Below are positions 49,968 through 59,187 of a stretch of DNA of 64,000 nucleotides, piece after piece (position 1 is the stretch's first letter; each line of letters starts with the position of its first letter). Source of the stretch: Candidatus Omnitrophota bacterium (GTDB lineage: Bacteria; Omnitrophota; Gorgyraeia; Zapsychrales; Fredricksoniimonadaceae). The notes under the pieces are model-generated. The model did not search any database, had not been told where the DNA came from, and saw only the letters and a program-made list of their open reading frames with translations. Where the stretch lies: contig JADFZK010000003.1 in NCBI GenBank assembly GCA_015232565.1, forward strand, positions 64,540 through 128,539, in the 5' to 3' direction. Made by a program: the position numbers and the translations under genes.

Positions 49968-52435
49968 GCCTCATTACACTTGATATACCTCATTCTATAA
50001 CTATTATCTTCCACAAAATACTCGGCACAAACCTCGGTAACATAACCCTGCCGAATAGCAGCCTGCACCGCGTCGGCACAATCCAGCCCGTACTTGTTGG
50101 TATAGTCGTCGCCTTTGTTGATCATAAAAGAAGTTGGTATGTAATAAGGCTGGCCGCCGATCTCCACTTTGTCGTGGTTAAAACAGGCCTCCAGATTTTC
50201 CAGGGGCGGTTTCATCTCATTGGCCGGATGGCCGGTAAAGATACCCCAGAACGGCAAACCACCCACAAAAGTCAAGGCCTTGCTGATCCGGTTCTCATCC
50301 CAGCGCGTAATACGCACCTTAACGCACCCGTTGCCGTCGGTAAGCGTATAACAGCGCCCCATCTCGCCGGATTTCTCCGACTTGACCCAGGGAAATTTAA
50401 CCGCACCGCAAGAACGCGCCACACCCCCGCGCTCCCGGCTCCACCATTCACAACGCTTGGGCGTAGCCACTTCCACCTTAACCACGTGGCGATAGCCGCG
50501 GTCCCGGGTTTGGGCCGCCGCCTGCCAGCCATAGATCACGTACGGGCTGATGGCCACCACGTCCTCGATCTTCCGGGCCTCTTCAAAAAGGTACTGTAAA
50601 TATGCCAGGCGGTCATTGGCGGTGCCCATCTTTTCCGCGCACAGGTCGGGATCCCTGGCCGTCTCGCAAAAGAACACCTGGTTAGCGACGTCAAAATTGT
50701 TCACAAAGACCGCGGCGTTATCCGCGGCTTTCTGCAGTTCCACCGTACCCTCGCCCACCAGGGTAAACCCGGTAGTTACTTCCGAACTGGTCAGCATGCC
50801 ATTGATCATGCTGAAGTCCCTCTTGAGCATTCTGAAATTAGCCATCGCGTCGTTAAATTCTTGCGCAAACATATCAGGCGAGACCATAAAAACCTGCTCG
50901 GCATACGGGGTATCAAACGCGCGCATGACCATCGAAGTATTACGCAGGTTATTCACCATCTGGTCGAAGCGATCGCCTTTCCATAATTTCTGGTCCGTAA
51001 CAAGCGGGCTTTTACACTCGCACACCCTGTCGGCCTCCCTGTTTCCGTCGGCATCAGTGGTGATCTTGGTAGTGTCGCACCCCATGGAAAAAGAACAATT
51101 CGACGAATGCGGCGCGGAATAAAAACCGTCCGGAGTTTCATTGCTCTCGCAAAACCGGTCATCTCCCGGGCGCCAGCGGTTATTAATCCCGGGATCCGTC
51201 CTGAGGATGTCCAGCGTGCTATCCAAGCTTAATCTCATATCCGACGGACAACCGGCCAGATCCGGGCTCTCGTAGAAATATTTCATCCGCACACGCTTAT
51301 CATCAAAAATATCCATCGGCGCATTTATCGGATCCTGCCTGTGCGCCTCAATGCTCTTGTCTGTCGCCGCTTTCAGGTTCCACATAAAACTGAACAAAGG
51401 CCCCTGCTCCGGCTCAGCCTGCCTGACCTCAGCGCCGTTGTCGATCAAGATCACCCGTTCCCGGCCCACCAGCGCGGCCACAGTAGTGTTGTCCCCGGTG
51501 ACCACGCCATTTACCGGCGCAGAAGACAAACACCGCAAAAGGTCTTCGGCATAAGGGAACCCCTGATATGGCCCCTGGTTGCAAGTGGATCCCCACGCCA
51601 TTGCCGTCTGATCGGACGCTATGGTGACCGAAGCCTGAAACTGACATTCCTTTTTACAAGAACTTTCCGCACAACAGGTACCCACTTTGCCTTGATCCAG
51701 GCCCAGGTCACGCGCAAAATCAGACAACTCTTCGGTGAACTTGTCGAACTTACTGGGCGCCAGCGAAACACTCTTCAGGCGATTGGTGTAATGATAACTG
51801 AAGCGGGAGATCATTTCCCTGGGATCCGAGCCCGGCTGACTCGCCACGTTCCATTTACCGTTCATATTGTAATCCAGCAAGTCGGGGATCTCTACCGTAT
51901 CGGTGTTCACGGCCTGAATAGCTGCCTGCACCGCCGCTTCCAGGTACTGGTCTTCCACGGTAGGAATGTTATTCTGCAATTTATTCCACATTGAAGTGAT
52001 CGTAGGTTGAATATACGCGAGCTGTACCGCTACCGTGGCGGTGGTCAAAACCAGGGCGGTGGTTAACCCGACTGTTACCGCCGTCACAACTTTAGCAGAT
52101 ACCATGCACCCCCAAGCCATTCCATACGCCGCCGGTAGAATAACCAGAAAGGCAATCATAATTATGACTATTATGATGATCATGATAATGAGAGTCAGAA
52201 CCCCGTTCTGACTGCATTTCTGGGCCTTGCCCTCCAGCTGGGTTTGCATAATATTCTCGCCATAGCTCGCCATGCGCGACACCATCGTTGCGGCCGTAGT
52301 AGTGGCGGCCACCTGGGCCTGGGTTTTAAACTGCACCGCCTCGCTCCAGTTCATCACCATGGCCATAAACACCAAACCCAGCGCTATGGCCACAATGAAC
52401 AACATGGAGATCTGGGCTTTATTATTGCGCAGCAT
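49952..52435 (-). CDS. Large (827 aa) membrane-anchored, Cys-rich pilus-associated protein (TadG-like by architecture)
   Basis: The N-terminus is MLRNNKAQISMLFIVAIALGLVFMA (a pseudopilin-like TadE/G N-terminal segment). A second hydrophobic run is followed by a long Cys-rich extracytoplasmic region. The gene is translationally coupled on both sides (1-nt overlaps). Confidence 0.4.
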   Translation of the reverse strand: MLRNNKAQISMLFIVAIALGLVFMAMVMNWSEAVQFKTQAQVAATTTAATMVSRMASYGENIMQTQLEGKAQKCSQNGVLTLIIMIIIIVIIMIAFLVILPAAYGMAWGCMVSAKVVTAVTVGLTTALVLTTATVAVQLAYIQPTITSMWNKLQNNIPTVEDQYLEAAVQAAIQAVNTDTVEIPDLLDYNMNGKWNVASQPGSDPREMISRFSYHYTNRLKSVSLAPSKFDKFTEELSDFARDLGLDQGKVGTCCAESSCKKECQFQASVTIASDQTAMAWGSTCNQGPYQGFPYAEDLLRCLSSAPVNGVVTGDNTTVAALVGRERVILIDNGAEVRQAEPEQGPLFSFMWNLKAATDKSIEAHRQDPINAPMDIFDDKRVRMKYFYESPDLAGCPSDMRLSLDSTLDILRTDPGINNRWRPGDDRFCESNETPDGFYSAPHSSNCSFSMGCDTTKITTDADGNREADRVCECKSPLVTDQKLWKGDRFDQMVNNLRNTSMVMRAFDTPYAEQVFMVSPDMFAQEFNDAMANFRMLKRDFSMINGMLTSSEVTTGFTLVGEGTVELQKAADNAAVFVNNFDVANQVFFCETARDPDLCAEKMGTANDRLAYLQYLFEEARKIEDVVAISPYVIYGWQAAAQTRDRGYRHVVKVEVATPKRCEWWSRERGGVARSCGAVKFPWVKSEKSGEMGRCYTLTDGNGCVKVRITRWDENRISKALTFVGGLPFWGIFTGHPANEMKPPLENLEACFNHDKVEIGGQPYYIPTSFMINKGDDYTNKYGLDCADAVQAAIRQGYVTEVCAEYFVEDNSYRMRYIKCNEACPTH

Positions 52436-52668
52436 TATTTGCCTTTCTTGAAAAGCGCCGCATCCAGCGGCCGCGGGCGGTGAAAATTCGGGTTGAGCTG
52501 GCCGTCAAGCGGGCCAGCGGCGGTTAAAACCGCTTCGTGGTCGTAACGGCGTTCGGCCAGGTCCATCATTATCCAGCGCACAGTCTGCACCATCCCGAAA
52601 AGCAGTAACATAAAGACCGCGCAAGCAAAACAAAACTCGATAATGGATTGCCCTTTAGCGCCGCTCAT
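52435..52668 (-). CDS. Small TadE-like pseudopilin (77 aa)
   Basis: MSGAKGQSIIEFCFACAVFMLLLFGMV has a G-x4-EF motif followed by a hydrophobic helix. Confidence 0.45.
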   Translation of the reverse strand: MSGAKGQSIIEFCFACAVFMLLLFGMVQTVRWIMMDLAERRYDHEAVLTAAGPLDGQLNPNFHRPRPLDAALFKKGK

Positions 52669-54176
52669 TTTACACCCAGCAGTTTTTCAGTGCGTTCGGT
52701 ATCTATATTCCTGATCCACATTCGGCCGCGCTCATCTGTTAAACGACTGCGAATGAACAAGGTACGGCTGTTCATGTCGAAACAGGTTAAAAGCACGTTC
52801 GGCACCGAACGCTTTGTTTTAATAAGATCCGCTACAGTATTCATACAACAGCCGCCCTCCGCCGGAGGCGTAAGCTGTGGATAAAGAGGCTTTTCCTCGG
52901 TAGACGGCTCGCTCTGACAATAAGCTTCTACCGACCCCGGGTTCCTTTCCACAAAGTTCCACGGATCGATCATCTGGCGGTTCAATTGCCAGGTGCGGGA
53001 AATAAAATCCCTTTGTTTCTTCTTGTTAACGCTCATCGCCAGCTTATTGGTATTCGGCAGGAAAGCCTGGCCGTTACGGATCTCCATCACGGTGCCGTCT
53101 TTTAGTTCGGTAAAGATCTGCGCGTCCATCTTGAGCCCCGGAACATCCCGGGCATTATCATAACGTTCCGGGCCTTCACCGGCCATATCGCCGGCGCTGT
53201 AATCCTGGATAGCCAAGTCGAATACCGCCTCCCCTTCACATTTAGTCTTGCTGGTATCCTTCGCGGCAGCCGAAAAAACCGATTCTTCCACCAGATCCCC
53301 GTTCACATCCGCCTGCTCATTCTGATTTTCACCGTCATGGGCGTTAACATCCCCCGCCAGCTCCCAGCGCCACAAAGCTTTCTCCAGGCGTTCATTCCTT
53401 AAATTCGGGCGGCTCCAAAGGTCATCCGTTAAAAAATCGTTACGATTGTAGTTGTACTTCCAATCGTAAAGAGCCTTGTCCGAATCGGCGGCAGTAGCTT
53501 CCGCATCAAACCAGCCTTTATTGCCGTTGGCCTTAATAGCAAAGAAAGTAGGCGCCGCCTGTCCGGCCGGCCATTCCCGCTTAAGACGGGCAAAAGCTTT
53601 TTGATTGTCGACAAAAGGCCGGCCTTCCTCACAGATCGGCAGTTTCTCAGCGTCATAGAACCAGGTAGTGGTAACCGTGCCATCCGGCTTCTTGCGCAAC
53701 CGCAACACATAAGCCGCCGAACCGGTAAGCTCAAAAGTCTGGCCATTCACCGTAAGTTCGGTGACCCCTATGGCGTTTTTCTTCGGATCGCTTACGTCTA
53801 TCCACTCTACCGGGTACATCAGCCCGGTGGTCAAACTCCCCGACCCCGACATAATAGCCGGCCGGCGATCCACCGCACCATACTTTGCCAGTCCCGGTGA
53901 AAGCCGGTCCTGCACCACATGAATGCTGACTGATTGACGTTTGAATACCTCGGGTCCGCTGTCCTTGCTGATATACTTGGTGGCCATATACGATTTCAAC
54001 AAAGCCATGCGCATAGGCTGTAACTGGGCCTGCTGGTATTCCATACTGGCATACCCTTGCTGAAAGATAGACCCCACCACGAAAATAAAAATAGACCCGA
54101 ACACCGCCAGCTCAATTATAGCCTGGGCACGCCGGGACAAAACAGCTTTGGGGGAGGCCGGTTGATCACTAGTCAT
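52665..54176 (-). CDS. Large (503 aa) protein with a pseudopilin-like N-terminus (TadE/TadF-like)
   Basis: …RRAQAIIELAVFGSIFIFVVGSIF… lies at the N-terminus and the rest is soluble. The stop and start are coupled to both neighbours. Confidence 0.4.
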   Translation of the reverse strand: MTSDQPASPKAVLSRRAQAIIELAVFGSIFIFVVGSIFQQGYASMEYQQAQLQPMRMALLKSYMATKYISKDSGPEVFKRQSVSIHVVQDRLSPGLAKYGAVDRRPAIMSGSGSLTTGLMYPVEWIDVSDPKKNAIGVTELTVNGQTFELTGSAAYVLRLRKKPDGTVTTTWFYDAEKLPICEEGRPFVDNQKAFARLKREWPAGQAAPTFFAIKANGNKGWFDAEATAADSDKALYDWKYNYNRNDFLTDDLWSRPNLRNERLEKALWRWELAGDVNAHDGENQNEQADVNGDLVEESVFSAAAKDTSKTKCEGEAVFDLAIQDYSAGDMAGEGPERYDNARDVPGLKMDAQIFTELKDGTVMEIRNGQAFLPNTNKLAMSVNKKKQRDFISRTWQLNRQMIDPWNFVERNPGSVEAYCQSEPSTEEKPLYPQLTPPAEGGCCMNTVADLIKTKRSVPNVLLTCFDMNSRTLFIRSRLTDERGRMWIRNIDTERTEKLLGVK

Positions 54177-54499
54177 TAATAATGCCCTATTTGCACGCCG
54201 CCATTCTTGGTTTCCCGGGAAGAAGCCACGTCAGAACGCATGGTATAATAACCTGCCACGCCCTGATTACCGCCGCGGATGGTCTGCACCCGGGATTCGG
54301 AATTGGATTCGATCCGGTGCGTTACCACGCTGTTGGTCTTCTCGGGGTCGTACTGGTCGCCCAGGCCGTCCACGGAATCTTTCCAGCGCCCCTGGATGCC
54401 GCGCTTAAGATAAGTGTTCATGCTGATAAGGGCCGCAATAATGACCACTACCAGGATAGTGTATTCCAAAAGGCTTTGTCCCCGCGCCGAGATCCGCAT
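54176..54499 (-). CDS. Pilin-like protein (107 aa) with a GQSLLEY leader
   Basis: MRISARGQSLLEYTILVVVIIAALISM shows a GXXXXEY motif plus a hydrophobic helix. Confidence 0.55.
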   Translation of the reverse strand: MRISARGQSLLEYTILVVVIIAALISMNTYLKRGIQGRWKDSVDGLGDQYDPEKTNSVVTHRIESNSESRVQTIRGGNQGVAGYYTMRSDVASSRETKNGGVQIGHY

Positions 54500-54519
54500 T
54501 CCGCCTCCTTTAGCAAGCG

Positions 54520-54864
54520 TTACTCATCTTTGGTAAAACCCATATTCGTCAACGAATTGGTCAACGAAACGGTTTCTTCCACGGTCCTTACATTCCGCGC
54601 CCACATGGTTTTATTCATCGCCATGAAAGTGTCTTTCTGCGAGTTCGCCCGGGTATTGGAATAAAAATACTCGGTATAACCGCTATCGGCGTTGAAATCC
54701 TGCTCGGAATTCCTCTGCACGCCGATCTGGTCCGCCCCGGCCTTGATAAGGCTTTGGGTGCCGCGCTTGACCATCGGGAACATCATCGCCACGGCCGCCA
54801 CCACAATGGTGGCCATCACCACATATTCACCAAGGCTCTGGGCTTTGTTTTTTAGCTTGAACAT
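54520..54864 (-). CDS. Pilin-like protein (114 aa)
   Basis: MFKLKNKAQSLGEYVVMATIVVAAVAMMF is a class-III-type leader. Confidence 0.5.
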   Translation of the reverse strand: MFKLKNKAQSLGEYVVMATIVVAAVAMMFPMVKRGTQSLIKAGADQIGVQRNSEQDFNADSGYTEYFYSNTRANSQKDTFMAMNKTMWARNVRTVEETVSLTNSLTNMGFTKDE

Positions 54865-54903
54865 AAAAGACCTTGTGGCCGTTGGGCCCCAACCTTCAAC
54901 TGC

Positions 54904-55260
54904 CTATTTCGACATATAGGGCGCCAGCTGGTTGCTGGACATGCTCATGCCCTGCTCGGTATTAATGATCTTGTTATACGCCCCGCCGGCGGCCAGGAAC
55001 GAATTGTCCTTTTGGTAACTGTCGATATTCGCCGTCGACTCCACGTAATAGGGCTCGTATTCCATGTTCACCTGGACCGTACCTTCCAGCGCGTTAGTGG
55101 CCTTGACCATCACCCAACGCTGGGTGTCATGAGTGCGGGCCTGCAAAGCCCGCCGGATATACGTAGACATTACTGTGATCGCGATCACGATCAGCACCGA
55201 CGCCACCACATATTCCCCGCTGATGGCCTGCCCTTTTCTGGAATAAAAATTTTTTAACAT
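54904..55260 (-). CDS. Pilin-like protein (118 aa)
   Basis: MLKNFYSRKGQAISGEYVVASVLIVIAITVM. Confidence 0.5.
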   Translation of the reverse strand: MLKNFYSRKGQAISGEYVVASVLIVIAITVMSTYIRRALQARTHDTQRWVMVKATNALEGTVQVNMEYEPYYVESTANIDSYQKDNSFLAAGGAYNKIINTEQGMSMSSNQLAPYMSK

Positions 55261-55297
55261 AAGGCCGCCTGAGAAGAAAAATGTATCCGACGATTAA

Positions 55298-55328
55298 TTC
55301 CCGAAGGGGATACCTGCCCCCTTCGGGA
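55298..55328 (-). terminator. 12-bp perfect-stem hairpin (TTCCCGAAGGGG / CCCCTTCGGGAA, 7-nt loop) 46 nt after the stop of the 108-aa pilin gene. It is a likely attenuator or terminator.
   Basis: The inverted repeat was checked base by base. It lies between pilin genes 55374..55700 and 54904..55260. Confidence 0.35.
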
Positions 55329-55373
55329 ACTAAAGCCGGTGAATTATACTTTCACTAACAACCTGGTAAAACT

Positions 55374-55700
55374 TTACGGCATGTATTCAGCGCCGTCACC
55401 CGTCGTCATTCGCACATTAGTAATAACGTTAGTTGTCATCTGAGCGCCAGCCTCGCTACGCTTACCGGTCATCGCGGTACCAGCCAGATTATTGCTGTAC
55501 GTATTGCTGATCGACACCGTGGACTTGTAATAATTTGCCCCGGTGGAGAACTGATCACCAATATCGTCGGTAGCGCTTCTTAAGCGGCCCTGTACGCCTC
55601 TTTTAACATAAGTGTTCAAACTCAAGAGCGCCGCGATAATGATAATTATTAGGATCGCGTACTCCAGCGTGCTCTGGCCCTTACTATTTTTTTTCATCAT
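55374..55700 (-). CDS. Pilin-like protein (108 aa) with a GQSTLEY leader. It is a candidate major subunit because of the downstream hairpin.
   Basis: MMKKNSKGQSTLEYAILIIIIIAALLSL shows GXXXXEY. Confidence 0.55.
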   Translation of the reverse strand: MMKKNSKGQSTLEYAILIIIIIAALLSLNTYVKRGVQGRLRSATDDIGDQFSTGANYYKSTVSISNTYSNNLAGTAMTGKRSEAGAQMTTNVITNVRMTTGDGAEYMP

Positions 55701-55744
55701 AAGCTTTCTCCATAATAAAGACTTTAGTAAAAATTATCTCCGTT

Positions 55745-56152
55745 CTATGGTGCAACCCCTTCACCCTCTACCCTGCCGACTTGAGTCGGAGCCGCGGTAG
55801 TTTCAATCTGCTCGATCTTGTTAGTGAACGTCGATCCATTTGCGGTAAAAAGATCTTGCTCCTTGTTCTGGATAGCAGTACTGCTCTTGTCTACTTTCTC
55901 GTCTGTATTGGTGTAATAAGGCTCATACTGCAAAGTAGCATACTGAGCGCCAAGCCCGATCTCAGTGCCACCCACCCCGCCCGTACCGGCGCTGGTCTTG
56001 GTAGCCATAAACCGGCTGGTATCGCGCACACGCGCCTGTAAAGCCCGCTGGGCATAGGTCTGCATAGCCACTACACCGCCAATTACCAGCGCGATCAGAA
56101 TGGCGTATTCCGCCGTATTCTGGGCTTTTTTATTTCGGATATTTTTTAGCAT
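55745..56152 (-). CDS. Pilin-like protein (135 aa)
   Basis: MLKNIRNKKAQNTAEYAILIALVIGGVVAM. Confidence 0.5.
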   Translation of the reverse strand: MLKNIRNKKAQNTAEYAILIALVIGGVVAMQTYAQRALQARVRDTSRFMATKTSAGTGGVGGTEIGLGAQYATLQYEPYYTNTDEKVDKSSTAIQNKEQDLFTANGSTFTNKIEQIETTAAPTQVGRVEGEGVAP

Positions 56153-56197
56153 GCACAGCTCCTTCTAAAAAACCACGAACTGGTTATAGTTCCGTTA

Positions 56198-56431
56198 CTA
56201 TTCTGTTGCCGTAGCCGCCGTTTCATCAGCCCCCGCAAAAGTAGTGCCGATCTTGCCACCCATCTCATTCATAGTATTCGTACTTGACGTAAGCGTGCTG
56301 TTCAAAGCCGTCCTGAAAGGCGAACTATTGGAGCCTACGAACGCAATAATGGCAATGACCACCGCTGTCATCAGAATGATGTACTCCAGCGTGCTTTGCC
56401 CTTTCTTGACCTTCTTTTTTTCTTTTAACAT
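56198..56431 (-). CDS. Flp-type pilin (77 aa). I trimmed the start from the track ORF to the internal Met, which has a GGAGGG Shine-Dalgarno upstream.
   Basis: MLKEKKKVKKGQSTLEYIILMTAVVIAIIAFVG shows GXXXXEY. The ATG at 56429-56431 is preceded 8 nt upstream by GGAGGG. Confidence 0.5.
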   Translation of the reverse strand: MLKEKKKVKKGQSTLEYIILMTAVVIAIIAFVGSNSSPFRTALNSTLTSSTNTMNEMGGKIGTTFAGADETAATATE

Positions 56432-56468
56432 TGTCTGTTCCCTCCGTTTTACCGCGTATGTATAATGA

Positions 56469-56621
56469 CTATTCCCTCGAGTATTCTTCTCCGATGTCCT
56501 TTTGTTTGGCCTGTACGGCCCGATACACATAGGTGCTCATGGCAACCACCGCCGCCGATACGATCGCAACGACAAGGCAATATTCAACAAGATTCTGCCC
56601 CTGGCAATTTTTTATCCTCAT
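56469..56621 (-). CDS. Unannotated 50-aa Flp-family-like pilin sORF, below the track length cutoff
   Basis: I translated the minus strand by hand: MRIKNCQGQNLVEYCLVVAIVSAAVVAMSTYVYRAVQAKQKDIGEEYSRE. The GQNLVEY motif, a TAG stop at 56469-56471 and an AGGGG Shine-Dalgarno-like element upstream support the call. Confidence 0.45.
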   Translation of the reverse strand: MRIKNCQGQNLVEYCLVVAIVSAAVVAMSTYVYRAVQAKQKDIGEEYSRE

Positions 56622-56700
56622 CGCGCGCCACCCCTGTGAACAAAATACATCTGGCCGGGGCTTCCTTGAACATCACTGCGAAGCGAGAATGTTCCCGGCT

Positions 56701-56729
56701 ATTATACCGCCCCGGGTTACCCCGGACGG
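56701..56729 (-). promoter_or_regulatory. Putative promoter for the Flp-like sORF, with a perfect TATAAT -10
   Basis: The minus-strand TATAAT sits at 56701-56706 about 80 nt upstream of the ATG. A small CCGGG-TTAC-CCCGG hairpin lies in the spacer. The -35 is weak, and an AT-rich tract lies upstream. Confidence 0.3.
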
Positions 56730-56889
56730 CCCGCAAATAATATCAAACAAACTTTATTCGCAGTACAACCCCGCTTTAAACGGAGCCGAAAGGCGTTACG
56801 GCACACCCCTTCCATACAAGCGTCACCAAAGTATAACATATGAAATTGAACGCCGCAATGGTGAAAACGAAATTAGTTTTGTGGAAAAG

Positions 56890-59145
56890 TTAAAGTGTAA
56901 AAACTATGCGGCGGCCATCGGCGGTTTTGAAAAAAGCGGCGTTAAGCGAACTTAAAATAATAGTTAATTGCGGCTGGTAAGCGTAATCTTCCGGTAACTG
57001 AAAACGCAAGAAAACGGTATCAGGGTGTTCCTGAATGTAACCAGAGAGGTCGTAAAGCCAGTGGCACATTCCCAGCCAGGAAAGCGCCTGACAGGTGGAA
57101 TCCAGGAAATATTTCCGCAGTAAAACATCAACTTCCCTGATCACAGCCGAAATACTGCCTATTTGTGGAGCAAAAGACAGCGCTTTACCCTCAATTAGCT
57201 GGCCGCATCCCACATCAGAGGCGATAGTAGAATTGAATAATTGCCGGAAAATATCTTCCGCACCGCACTTTTCAGCCGGAATATTTGACAATAATACAAA
57301 TTCTTCCCCCCAGCCTTCCGGCTTGACTGTTAACACCCTTAATGGCTGATCCGCCCCCTCGACCGCCAGCGCGCCTTCAAAATATCCGCAGGACCTGTCC
57401 GCTATGGGGTCGAAGTACGCGCGGTGATTGTCGATCATTTCGTATTCCACGCGGGCCATTTCGCTTTCGGAAAGGCGCACCCGCAGAATAAAATCCCGAC
57501 GGATAGCCGGAATGGACAGAAATTCCGCGCATTTGGTGTCATTATCGCCAATAAGCTCCAGGGAACCAAAGACGTCCTCACCGCGGCCGTCCATTAAACG
57601 GATAAAAGCCAGCAGTTCCGGCTGTAGGCCAAAAGCGGGCACATTGGCCATTACCGGCTGCATATTGGTGATAATGCTGTCGACCGCCCGCTCGACCGCC
57701 ATGAATATTGGCAAAGCGGCCGCCGGGGACTGGCCGAATACCGAAGCCTGGCCGGCGTCGATGAATTCATAATTCAGGGCCGGTAAGGCGGCATCCAGAT
57801 AAAAACGCGCGCCTTTAGCCGACAACAGGCGGAAATATTTCACCGGCGTGAACGCCATGGTAAGCTCGGTATGTATGGCCGTGCAAAGGGTTTTGTTATT
57901 TTCCAGGACGAACGCTTTATCTATGATCGCCCGGCCCTGCCGGTCTTCCAGCCCGGCCAGCCGCCAGAGCGTCGAGAGGTCATTGGATTCAAAACCAGGG
58001 CGATGTTCCGCGAACATATCCGCAAAAAGTACCGCTTCACATTGCGCCGAAGTTACGCCCTCCGGCAAAGCGCCCAGCTCGCGGGCCAAGGCCTCGCCCA
58101 AACGACAGGAAGAACAAGCCGCCTGAAAAGCGTACCAGAGCGCCGCCGCCCCCAGCCGCCCGTAAAGCTTGCCCACGTTCCCCAGCCAAAGCGCCGAACG
58201 CTCCCGGGCCTTCTCCTCTTCCCGCTCCCGGGCGCGAATGCCATCCTCAACCTCAGCCTGCACCTGTTCAAAGGAAGGCGTGCCAAAAACGGGGTCCGGC
58301 ATCAGCCGGAGAGCCCGATCGTCAGTCAACGCATTGACCGGCTCCTCAGAGTTAGCGGTCGCAGGCGTTAAGGCCTCCGGCGCCGCCAAACCAGGATCGC
58401 GCTCCGGGACCGACATGAAGGGGTCTTCTGGCTCAAGCGCCGACTCAGGCGCTATTTCCTGAGTCAGATCATTCTCAATAGGTTGCGATACAACGGGTTC
58501 TGTTAATGGCTCAGGCACTGGCTGGTCCGAGTTAAGCTCGGCCCCTACGGCCAATGAGGCTTCCGGCTCGATCGACTGATCCGGAGCATTCTCAATAGGT
58601 TGCGGCACAATGTGTTCTGCTACTGGCTGGGCACATTTATTGGGCGAATCTTCGGCTCGTGAAGTATCGTCAGATTGCCGGGCCGACACCAGGTCGGCCC
58701 CTACGGCCAATGAAGCTACCGGCTCAATCCCGGTTTCCAATGCAGCCCCGGCAATGGGATTCAGCGACTGGTCGGGCTTAGCCTCTGGGGCTCTGTCAGT
58801 TTCCGCGATCATCTCCGGCTTTGGCTTGACTTCCTCAAAAACCGCGGGCACCGTTACGGCGGGGACTACTGCCGGCAAGAACATTTGGACATTCTTCAGG
58901 AGTATGTCCTTCTTGTGCTGGGGAATAGCAAAGTTCTTGGGGGCTTTATATATGGAATGCCGGCCGATCGGCCCGCTCAGCCTGGCTTGCTTTAAAACCG
59001 CATTAACCGAGGATTTGGACACCTCAAAATTGAACTTATCCTTGATCATTTTAACCAAACCGCGGCAACTCAAAGAATGGTCGGTCCTTTTAGTTTGGAC
59101 AATAAAGTCAACAATATCCTGCCGCAATTTGTAAGCTACACCCAT
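56890..59145 (-). CDS. 751-aa protein with an N-terminal HTH-like domain, a long acidic Pro/Glu-rich tandem-repeat region and a C-terminal globular domain. Function unknown.
   Basis: …LRQDIVDFIVQTKRTDHSLSCRGLVKMIKDKFNFEVSKSSVNAVLKQARL… is HTH-like. The repeats IEPVASLAVGADLV / IEPEASLAVGAELN produce DNA repeats at about 58537-58580 and 58693-58735. No DDE triad is recognisable. Confidence 0.5.
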   Translation of the reverse strand: MGVAYKLRQDIVDFIVQTKRTDHSLSCRGLVKMIKDKFNFEVSKSSVNAVLKQARLSGPIGRHSIYKAPKNFAIPQHKKDILLKNVQMFLPAVVPAVTVPAVFEEVKPKPEMIAETDRAPEAKPDQSLNPIAGAALETGIEPVASLAVGADLVSARQSDDTSRAEDSPNKCAQPVAEHIVPQPIENAPDQSIEPEASLAVGAELNSDQPVPEPLTEPVVSQPIENDLTQEIAPESALEPEDPFMSVPERDPGLAAPEALTPATANSEEPVNALTDDRALRLMPDPVFGTPSFEQVQAEVEDGIRAREREEEKARERSALWLGNVGKLYGRLGAAALWYAFQAACSSCRLGEALARELGALPEGVTSAQCEAVLFADMFAEHRPGFESNDLSTLWRLAGLEDRQGRAIIDKAFVLENNKTLCTAIHTELTMAFTPVKYFRLLSAKGARFYLDAALPALNYEFIDAGQASVFGQSPAAALPIFMAVERAVDSIITNMQPVMANVPAFGLQPELLAFIRLMDGRGEDVFGSLELIGDNDTKCAEFLSIPAIRRDFILRVRLSESEMARVEYEMIDNHRAYFDPIADRSCGYFEGALAVEGADQPLRVLTVKPEGWGEEFVLLSNIPAEKCGAEDIFRQLFNSTIASDVGCGQLIEGKALSFAPQIGSISAVIREVDVLLRKYFLDSTCQALSWLGMCHWLYDLSGYIQEHPDTVFLRFQLPEDYAYQPQLTIILSSLNAAFFKTADGRRIVFTL

Positions 59146-59187
59146 ATTTCAGCCCTTATTCCTGAAACAATACCCATAAACACCCCT

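Noticed and set aside
49618-49974. Alternative minus-strand ORF (118 aa) overlapping the pilin-like gene 49614..49967
   Set aside because: It is a different frame with Arg/Cys-rich junk-like sequence. The 49614..49967 frame has a proper pilin-type leader and sits in phase with the operon's coupling pattern.
56890-59145. IS element or transposase as the identity of the 751-aa gene
   Set aside because: Only the N-terminal HTH is transposase-like. There are no DDE/DDD catalytic spacing and no flanking terminal inverted repeats. Instead there is a long acidic repeat region.
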